A stretch of DNA of 35,945 nt, taken from Promethearchaeia archaeon. GTDB taxonomy: Archaea; Asgardarchaeota; Lokiarchaeia; Sigyniarchaeales; SOKP01. The stretch covers positions 1-35,945 of the forward strand of contig JAHQWH010000096.1 in assembly GCA_029856105.1 (NCBI GenBank). Reading direction: 5' to 3'. This document shows positions 28,551-35,945 of this stretch, piece by piece. The position numbers were made by a program, and so were the translations under genes. Under the pieces are notes generated by a model. The model was not told where the DNA came from, did not search any database, and saw nothing but the letters and a program-made list of their open reading frames with translations. Numbering within the stretch: the first letter of the stretch is position 1; the number at the start of each line of letters is the position of its first letter.

Positions 28551-28689
28551 TCAATTATTAAAGGATTAATACGTCTAAAAATTGAAAAATTCGAAGTCTA
28601 TTTTCTTTAAAATAGCTTTTGTTATATTTATAAAATAATCATTAAGAACTATAAAAATTACACTAAATTTTAATTAATTGTGATTTATA

Positions 28690-29958
28690 ATGGCTAAAGC
28701 AAGCGAAATGAATAATGGAGGCCAATCCGGGAATGGAGAGCCTTATTTCTGTAAAGAATGTAAAAGAAACCATACTAAAGGCAAAATTTACAAGGAGCAT
28801 TTAAAATTTGCTCGGTTCGAAACAGATAAAAAAGAAATCGAAGAAGAATCTGAAAGTAGTGAAAAAGGACTTGAATCTGAAGTAGAAGAAATTTTTGAAG
28901 GTTTAGATGAAGAGGAAAAAGAAGATGAAGATGACATTATTGAATTAAATGAGATGGAAGAAGAAGAATTAGATTCAGATCCAGATAGTAGTAAAGTTAT
29001 AATCAATGACGCAAATATGTGTGTAGAAGCTGTTAAAAGGCTTCCTGGGGTAGGTGAGGCTACGCTTAAAAAACTAATTAAGGCTGGATTTAGTAGCCTT
29101 GAATCCATCGCTTATACACCCCCAAAGATAATTCAAAATGAATCTGGACTCGGAGATAAAACAATCGCTAAATTAATTAAAGCTAGTATGTCCCAGTTAA
29201 AAATCGGCTTTAAGTCTGCTGAAGATGTATGGGAGTATAGAAAAAATATTTCGAGAATTACGACAGGTAGTCAAGAACTCGACGATCTTTTTGGAGGTGG
29301 AATTGAAACTGGTTGCGTTGTTGAGTTTTTTGGAGAGTTCAGGACCGGTAAAACCCAAATAGCCCATCAATTATGCGTTAATGTTCAATTACCCATGGAA
29401 GATGGGGGTCTCGATGGAAATGCATTGTATATAGATACTGAAGGAACATTTAGACCTGAAAGAATAGTACAGATGTCTGAAGGACTTGATTTAGATCACA
29501 AAAAGATTTTGAAAAATATAATATTTGGTCGTGCTTACAATTCTGATCATCAAATTCTCCTAATAAAAGAAGCTGCTAATCTTATCAAAGAGAAAAACAT
29601 TAAACTAATAATAGTTGATTCTTTAATTGGACATTTTCGAAGCGAATACGTAGGTAGAGGTACGTTAGCAACCAGACAACAAACTATTAATACCCACTTA
29701 CACGATTTATTACGTCTAACAGATATTTTCCCAGAGCTATGTATCATTGTAACAAATCAAGTTCAATCAAAACCTGATGTTTTTTATGGAAACCCAACAG
29801 TCGCGGCAGGAGGAAATATAGTTGCTCATGGATCAACAATAAGAGTATATTTAAGAAAAGGTAAAGGCGAGCAGAGAGTAGCGAAAATGATTGATGCGCC
29901 TCATCTACCCGAAGGAGAAGCTGTATTTTCAATAACAGAAAATGGAATTGGCGATTAA
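28690..29958 (+). CDS. radA: DNA recombinase RadA with ~110-aa N-terminal extension
   Basis: HhH LPGVG, FKSA (FxxA), GGGIETG, Walker [21 protein letters not shown], Walker B LIIVDS, TNQV, GGNIVAH. Confidence 0.96.
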   Translation: MAKASEMNNGGQSGNGEPYFCKECKRNHTKGKIYKEHLKFARFETDKKEIEEESESSEKGLESEVEEIFEGLDEEEKEDEDDIIELNEMEEEELDSDPDSSKVIINDANMCVEAVKRLPGVGEATLKKLIKAGFSSLESIAYTPPKIIQNESGLGDKTIAKLIKASMSQLKIGFKSAEDVWEYRKNISRITTGSQELDDLFGGGIETGCVVEFFGEFRTGKTQIAHQLCVNVQLPMEDGGLDGNALYIDTEGTFRPERIVQMSEGLDLDHKKILKNIIFGRAYNSDHQILLIKEAANLIKEKNIKLIIVDSLIGHFRSEYVGRGTLATRQQTINTHLHDLLRLTDIFPELCIIVTNQVQSKPDVFYGNPTVAAGGNIVAHGSTIRVYLRKGKGEQRVAKMIDAPHLPEGEAVFSITENGIGD

Positions 29959-30032
29959 ACTATTTAAAAAATCTCTTTTTTAAAATACTAATGTAAAAAA
30001 ATAGAAAATAAAAAGAATAATAATAATAAAAT

Positions 30033-33000
30033 TTATTTTAATTTTTCGTATTCATTTGCTTTTTTGGTTAATCTCTTGACTTCTTTTGTCATATCACTAG
30101 CACCTAATTTGAAAATTTCTGACGCCATTTTAGACGCATATTTATACCTCGCGCTGGCTTCAGCGTAGTTTTTGTTTTTAACAGCATCTTTTGCTTCTTT
30201 TTCTAAATCCTTCTTTTTCCCGCTTAAATCTTCAATTTTAGTTTTTCGAATAATTTCCTCTATTTGAACGAATTCATTTGACAATTCCCAATTTGAAGCC
30301 AACATAGCGGCGCTTTGATACAATTCAATAGTTTTTTGATAATTTTTCTTTCCTTTCGCAATTTTGGCTCGTTTGCTTAACTCATTAACCCCTTTTTTTG
30401 CAGATTTCTTGTTATCAACTATAATAGTACCTATAGTAGTTTTAATTGGGGCAGAGACGATTTCATGTTGTTTAGTCAAGCTAGAAAGATAAGCTTCTCT
30501 TTCTATTGGACCCAATTGGCCTAAATCGTTCACCAATTTCTGTCTTTCATTGTTAGTTAGCGTGGTTAATGATGCGACTTTTTGACTAATAAGATTCAAT
30601 TCCTGCTGAGAAATAGGTTGAGCTTCAATTGTAGAGATTTCTATTGGCATTAGAATTTTCTTATCTCTTAATTCCTTAATTCCCATAAAAATTTCTGCGG
30701 TATCCTTACTCGTTTTTTCGGATGCTTCCTTTAATAACGTTGCTACAAAGAAAAATTCTCGTTCTGCTTCTTCACAACAGCTATGTGCTATCTTTAACAC
30801 ATCTTTTGAGAAAGAACCTTTTAACTCTTTAACGCTTGAGAAATCGTACGATATCTGATGTGGAAGAATAATGGATGTATTCAAAATCTCATCAACTATA
30901 ATACCGGCATTTCTAAAGTGGTTTAATTGACCTCTCCAAGTTGGCAATACTTCTTTGTAGGTTTTTTCAAAAGAATCTATAAATTCTTTTAAATGACGAC
31001 GAAGAATCATAGATGCTTTTTTACCTAAAACCAAAGCAACTCTAATATATTGACCATCAGCTAATAATAACATTTTATCGCCGTAAGAAATTTCGTTTAA
31101 TGTTTCTTGAGTAGCCATTTCTTTACCAAAAGAAGATACTGCCGTTAAAAACCCTCCTATCAATTCAGGATCTATCTGTTCTGAGCCATAGGATTTAAAG
31201 AAAATACACGTTCCAGTTCCTTTGTATAATACTAATATGTGCTCTAGATTAATAGCGTCGTCGAAAATAGTCTTAACATCGGTCAAAATGCGTTGTTTTT
31301 CCCTCTTTTTGGGAACGACTACACCACGATAAACTGCTAAAGAACCACCAGCAACAGCAACAATAGCTCCGATTAGTATGATATAAGGGAGCAGTTCTTC
31401 AAAGGCTAAACCGAGCGGAATAACATCGATATCGGAAATTGGCAATATGTAAGCTAAGTGGTCGTATTCAACTTGTAATTCAAGAGATATATTCATCGTC
31501 CTAGCATCGCTTCTTATTGTTATATCGAACGATACTCCACCAGTGCTATTAGTAATTTTAGTCTGAATTTCAGTTGACGCAGTTCCATCAAAGTAAGGCG
31601 TCATGATAACGGTATTACCTTGAAGAATTAGCCAATCAGAACCATTATAAAACTCTGCTAGAAGTACGATTGAAAATAAATCTCCTGCGTTAACCTCAGT
31701 TGGTTTCAGTACAACCGTCAGACGAGTTTGATATTTTTCAATTACGGTGAGATTGAAAATGAAAGATGTATTTTCGTAATTTGTCTTAGAAACTGTAATA
31801 TTAATTAAATAGCGTCCAGCAACTAAATTAATATTCGAAGTAGATATTGTTCCTATGTGTCTATTGGTTATAAAATTTATATCGTAAAGAAGTGTCCCGT
31901 TCGAACTGGTATCAAGATTTATATAGGTTATATAATATGAATTGACGGCTCCTAATACTAAATTGTTGCTGAATTCTAGATCAGTTATATTGAATTCGAT
32001 ATCAAGATCGCTTTCTTCGAAGATTGTAAAATTGTATCCTAATCCAGATGGTGTTAATTCTCCTCCCGGATCCTCCAATGAAATCAAATTTATTTGAGTG
32101 TAATTTCCTCTATAATAGAAAGTTACGTTAAATAGACTGTAGTCATAATTAGGAAATTTTGATGCGTTGATTTCTAACGTGTACAATCCTGAATTTCGAG
32201 TTCCCATAGTAATATCTAAAATATAGGTTCCGTTGCTGAATGGATCAAAAAGCCAAAATTCCCCGTCACTAAATGGAGTTCCAGTAGCGTAATTTTTAAC
32301 CACAATATTTTCTGTTATGACATTGAGAACCGGTAGGTTATTTGTAGTATCATTGAAGTAAAATCTAACTGATTGATTCAAACCAGAATTTCTTGCAATT
32401 TCTGGTATCGAAAATACATCAATAACTTCCGTTTGAATTGTTAATACATTTACTGTTAATCTTATAATTTGAGTCTCATTGCCGGTGGCATAAACATTAA
32501 ATTCATAATCGTACGCTGAACCTGTGACTAAAACATTTGTTGTATCTAAATGCATGGTATAATTTCCATTTCCCAAATTCTCTAAGAATGCTGTAAATCC
32601 GACAGGGCTACTTAATCTTGACCATGAAACTTCTTCAATTGGTTTGTCATTAGTATCGGTATAGTTGAATGTATAAGATACATTTAAACCTTTCATAACA
32701 GATCCTAAATCTATTATGTTAAAAGGAGTAATTTGGGTTGTAATTTGTCGGTGAAATGTGTAAGTTGTTGATCTGTTTTCATAGAATTGTTTGGAAGCAT
32801 CAATAAAAATATCAACAAAACCGTATTTTATGAAATCAGTATCATTTACGTTGATGTTTATATTATATTTGCCATCTCCAATGTAATTAACATTATCTTG
32901 TCTGTAAGTACTCCCTTCATCAAGACTATATTCAATTGTTGCTCCATCGATTCCAACATCCTTAATCGTATCATTATACTCAACTGTAACATCGAAGTTT

Positions 33001-35720
33001 TGACCTTCAATATATACAGCCCCACTTGTAGGTGCTAATACAAACAATGTTTCATTTCCAACAATTAATGTATTTAAGGTAGTGGATTGATTATGATAGT
33101 TCACTAAACTTACATTAACTCGAATAGAAAACAGTTTATAATTACTAAAAATCGAATCGCTGCAATCAATGGTAATGTTATAATAACCATCTGCATTATC
33201 AGTCCAAACTGGATTATAGATTGTACCATCAACATCAACAACTACTTCTGCTCCAGTAATTCCTAAGCTTTTAACAGTATTTCTATAATAAACCGAAATG
33301 CTGAATGTTTCGGCAGCAGTATAGTATGATTGATCTGGGATCCTCGTAGCAGATAAAGAAGTTTCACCTAGTATATTTATGTTAATCGAATTGCTCTGAT
33401 TGTAATAATTTTGCTTGCTTGCATTAACAATTATAGTATTTAATCCATATCCAATAAAATCTCCATCATTACAATCAATTGTTATATTGTATTTACCACT
33501 TCCAAGAGGAACAATATTGATGGACTTGTAGGAAGCACTTGGATCAAGTTGATATTCAATAATAGCGCCATCAATTCCTTGATTTTTCACCGTGTCATTG
33601 TAAAGAACTGTTACGTTAAAAGTATCACCGGAATTAAAAACAGTTAAGTCAGGGGGGTTCAAGATTGTTAATTCAGTTTCGCCATAAATTGTGATTTGAA
33701 CTGTTTTGGTTTGATTGTTATAATACTGCTTACTAGCACTAATTTCAATGTTCTTTGGTCCATAACCGTTGAAATCTGTATCGTTACAATCAATAGTAAT
33801 ATTGTAATAACCATTACCAAGATCAAATACATTATCTGTTCTAGTAGAACCACCTTCAATGTTATAAGTAAACAAATCAGCGACAATACCCGTATCTAAT
33901 CCGGTATCGTTAAAATACACTGTTATATTAAATGTATTGCTCGCGTCAAAATTGGTTAATGGTAAACTAGGAATCAAATCAGTATCTCCGAAAATTGTTA
34001 TATTGGATTCTAAAAATCCCGCTGCTGTGTCGTTGTTCCAAGACATTTGAATTTTAAAAATACCATATTGAGTAACATTAACCGATACATCCCAATTTGA
34101 AACGAGAAATTCGGTATCAGCACTTGAAATGCTCAAAATCTTTGAGTGATTTAAATATTGCATTAATGGGCTGTACACACTTAAGTTTAAATCTCCATTT
34201 TTAATAATTTCGTTAAATGTAGCATTTAGTTCTACGATATTTGAATGATTGGCGATGCTCATAGCAACTCCGCTTACATAGGTATCAATCGAATATAATA
34301 GATTAGTAGAATTTGCTTTTAGATGCCAAAATGTTCCATTTCCCGCATTAAAAACATTGACCTCCCTATATCCATTCCCTAATGAACGGTTAGTACTATC
34401 TGATGTTTTTGGAACACCACCATTAAATACTCTGATAGTATCTTCATACCAAGTATCCGGTATCGTAAAATTAATTTGATAATTATCGAAGCGCGAGTCA
34501 AAATAATTTAATCCGCCTGTTCGTGTAACATTCCATTCTACTATTTGATCGCTTTCAGCAATAATAAATTCAGCACTAGCACTTAAATCTGTTTTAGTAT
34601 AATTTACTTGAATTTTTGTAATATTACAAGACACATTCCACCAACCTGCCGTTAATTCAAAATCTAACTGATTTGTTAAAATTGAAAATTTTTTTGAACT
34701 ATTCCAGTTTCCAGAACCTTTTACATTCCCCCATGCCTCAGTTCCATTAATTCTGAGGTCAATTTCGGTTGGTAATGGTACATTATCTATAGGACTAAGA
34801 TCAACTATTAATTCTAAATCAACAGATGGGCAAAAAGAGCTGCTTACTATTAAATTCCAAGCTACTCCTGTAGGGTTTTCATAACTCCACGTTTCATCAT
34901 TACTATCTGTATTACCTCCACCAGCATTAGAATCATCAACATAACTCCAAGCTCCATTACCACTTGATGTATCGTATAAACCAATAAACCAGGTATTATT
35001 TTCAGTTTTGGAGTTATCTAAAAAATAGTGTTGATTTGAGATATTGCGCCAAGCACGTCCTCCACCTGTAAGCGCACCTGGTATATCAAAAGTATCTAAA
35101 TCAGTTTCTGAATCTAAATCTGGTTCACTTCTGGTGCCAATCCAAGTAGAATTATATATGACAACTTTTACTGTAGCTGTATTGGTTGCATGGTTATTCC
35201 TACAAAAAAAAGTAGCATTTTCTAAATAACCATCTCCTTTAACTATAAAAGAGGTTGCAGCTGGATTAGAATTTGTAAATGCAAAATCATCATGAGGGTT
35301 ACTATAATCCTCTACTATTAAAGAAGCGTTTGGGGCATAAAGGTCCTCAACAGAAATCTCACTAAGGGTAGAACTAAATGTCTGTTCACTCGGACTAATA
35401 ATACTGAATGTATTATTATCATAATCAGAAGCATTGCTGATTTCAAATAGAGGTAATCCCGTTTGTATTATTGATTGATGTAATGAAATATTAACATTGT
35501 CTCCAAATCCGTTAAAAGAGGTTAGAGCATCTGATGTCTCTAGCGTTTGATTTTGAAAATCTAGCGGATTGTCGTAATTAATTTCTTCATCATTTTTGTT
35601 TGAATTGTCGATGATAAGCAAATTTAATAAGGGTGAGCTATAATTAGCTAAGATCATCCCAAAAAACAAGAAAAGAAGACTATATATTTTTTTATTTTTA
35701 TTAGATTTAAACATATTCAT
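30033..35720 (-). CDS. Giant single-pass membrane protein: signal peptide, Ig-like repeat ectodomain, TM, cytoplasmic longin-like and helical-repeat domains
   Basis: Basic plus hydrophobic N-terminus. ~8 beta-rich ~100-aa repeats (nt 33989-31420). TM at 31394-31329 followed by KKREKQR. Longin-like segment at 31247-30879. ATG at 35720 or 35714 preferred over TTG 35729. Confidence 0.85.
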   Translation of the reverse strand: MNMFKSNKNKKIYSLLFLFFGMILANYSSPLLNLLIIDNSNKNDEEINYDNPLDFQNQTLETSDALTSFNGFGDNVNISLHQSIIQTGLPLFEISNASDYDNNTFSIISPSEQTFSSTLSEISVEDLYAPNASLIVEDYSNPHDDFAFTNSNPAATSFIVKGDGYLENATFFCRNNHATNTATVKVVIYNSTWIGTRSEPDLDSETDLDTFDIPGALTGGGRAWRNISNQHYFLDNSKTENNTWFIGLYDTSSGNGAWSYVDDSNAGGGNTDSNDETWSYENPTGVAWNLIVSSSFCPSVDLELIVDLSPIDNVPLPTEIDLRINGTEAWGNVKGSGNWNSSKKFSILTNQLDFELTAGWWNVSCNITKIQVNYTKTDLSASAEFIIAESDQIVEWNVTRTGGLNYFDSRFDNYQINFTIPDTWYEDTIRVFNGGVPKTSDSTNRSLGNGYREVNVFNAGNGTFWHLKANSTNLLYSIDTYVSGVAMSIANHSNIVELNATFNEIIKNGDLNLSVYSPLMQYLNHSKILSISSADTEFLVSNWDVSVNVTQYGIFKIQMSWNNDTAAGFLESNITIFGDTDLIPSLPLTNFDASNTFNITVYFNDTGLDTGIVADLFTYNIEGGSTRTDNVFDLGNGYYNITIDCNDTDFNGYGPKNIEISASKQYYNNQTKTVQITIYGETELTILNPPDLTVFNSGDTFNVTVLYNDTVKNQGIDGAIIEYQLDPSASYKSINIVPLGSGKYNITIDCNDGDFIGYGLNTIIVNASKQNYYNQSNSININILGETSLSATRIPDQSYYTAAETFSISVYYRNTVKSLGITGAEVVVDVDGTIYNPVWTDNADGYYNITIDCSDSIFSNYKLFSIRVNVSLVNYHNQSTTLNTLIVGNETLFVLAPTSGAVYIEGQNFDVTVEYNDTIKDVGIDGATIEYSLDEGSTYRQDNVNYIGDGKYNININVNDTDFIKYGFVDIFIDASKQFYENRSTTYTFHRQITTQITPFNIIDLGSVMKGLNVSYTFNYTDTNDKPIEEVSWSRLSSPVGFTAFLENLGNGNYTMHLDTTNVLVTGSAYDYEFNVYATGNETQIIRLTVNVLTIQTEVIDVFSIPEIARNSGLNQSVRFYFNDTTNNLPVLNVITENIVVKNYATGTPFSDGEFWLFDPFSNGTYILDITMGTRNSGLYTLEINASKFPNYDYSLFNVTFYYRGNYTQINLISLEDPGGELTPSGLGYNFTIFEESDLDIEFNITDLEFSNNLVLGAVNSYYITYINLDTSSNGTLLYDINFITNRHIGTISTSNINLVAGRYLINITVSKTNYENTSFIFNLTVIEKYQTRLTVVLKPTEVNAGDLFSIVLLAEFYNGSDWLILQGNTVIMTPYFDGTASTEIQTKITNSTGGVSFDITIRSDARTMNISLELQVEYDHLAYILPISDIDVIPLGLAFEELLPYIILIGAIVAVAGGSLAVYRGVVVPKKREKQRILTDVKTIFDDAINLEHILVLYKGTGTCIFFKSYGSEQIDPELIGGFLTAVSSFGKEMATQETLNEISYGDKMLLLADGQYIRVALVLGKKASMILRRHLKEFIDSFEKTYKEVLPTWRGQLNHFRNAGIIVDEILNTSIILPHQISYDFSSVKELKGSFSKDVLKIAHSCCEEAEREFFFVATLLKEASEKTSKDTAEIFMGIKELRDKKILMPIEISTIEAQPISQQELNLISQKVASLTTLTNNERQKLVNDLGQLGPIEREAYLSSLTKQHEIVSAPIKTTIGTIIVDNKKSAKKGVNELSKRAKIAKGKKNYQKTIELYQSAAMLASNWELSNEFVQIEEIIRKTKIEDLSGKKKDLEKEAKDAVKNKNYAEASARYKYASKMASEIFKLGASDMTKEVKRLTKKANEYEKLK

Positions 35721-35945
35721 GTTTATCAAAAATTTATTTATTATTTTGTTATAAAGTATATCATTATATTAAATCATTAATCGCGTAATTTGAATTTAAA
35801 ATTACTTTTTTTATTCTAAGTTAATATGAATATTTGAATTAATTCAATAAATGTGAATAAAAACTATTTCATAATATGTTCAAAAAATTGGTAAAAAAAG
35901 ATACAGAATTTATCTTATTTTTCGGGTTTTTTCAGAATAATCCTC

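Noticed and set aside
28690-29958. Intein as explanation for the long RadA
   Set aside because: The ATPase core is uninterrupted and the extra length is all N-terminal.
34329-34337. 9-nt match (AAATGTTCC) to the start of the predicted TnpB guide inside the giant gene
   Set aside because: Too short, expected by chance in AT-rich DNA.
2223-35229. Remaining short overlapping ORFs in the track (e.g. 2223-2573, 3445-3699, 7229-8041, 21580-21843, 22626-22841, 26151-26666, 28788-29108, 32787-35229)
   Set aside because: Antisense or out-of-frame shadows of well-supported genes, with no motifs.
35910-35945. Possible 3' end of an upstream minus-strand gene
   Set aside because: Only ~10 codons and the frame is ambiguous.
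1-35945. tRNA/rRNA genes
   Set aside because: No GC-rich structured segment or cloverleaf seen in any intergenic region.

Overview
AT-rich archaeal chromosomal window, most likely Asgard (Lokiarchaeia/Promethearchaeota-like). The basis is Alba, a RadA with a Rad51-type Walker A, an archaeal/eukaryal TyrRS, Vps29-like, Roadblock, longin-domain and intracellular LRR proteins. Gene order: 3' end of ppdK; a TnpB-only IS200/IS605 (IS1341-type) element with a readable right end/omegaRNA scaffold; tyrS-Vps29-like; SCP2-like; Fe-ADH, LRR, AOR; ywbE; hutU-hutH-hutI plus a convergent formiminotransferase; U32 protein; a lipid-linked glycosylation cluster; LarA-family protein; a dCMP deaminase whose last 118 bp are exactly duplicated 1.8 kb downstream around a decayed cargo; Alba, polyferredoxin, aspartokinase, divergent PGI, Roadblock; RadA with an N-terminal Zn-finger-like motif and acidic tract; and a ~1,890-aa single-pass membrane protein. 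The best candidate for an undescribed system is that last protein. It has a sequon-rich ectodomain with ~8 Ig-like repeats, one TM helix, and a cytoplasmic longin-like domain, winged-helix-like segment and MIT/TPR-like repeats, i.e. a receptor-like link from the cell surface to eukaryote-type GTPase/trafficking modules, with a Roadblock gene two genes away. All domain calls are from motifs read by eye; no searches were run.
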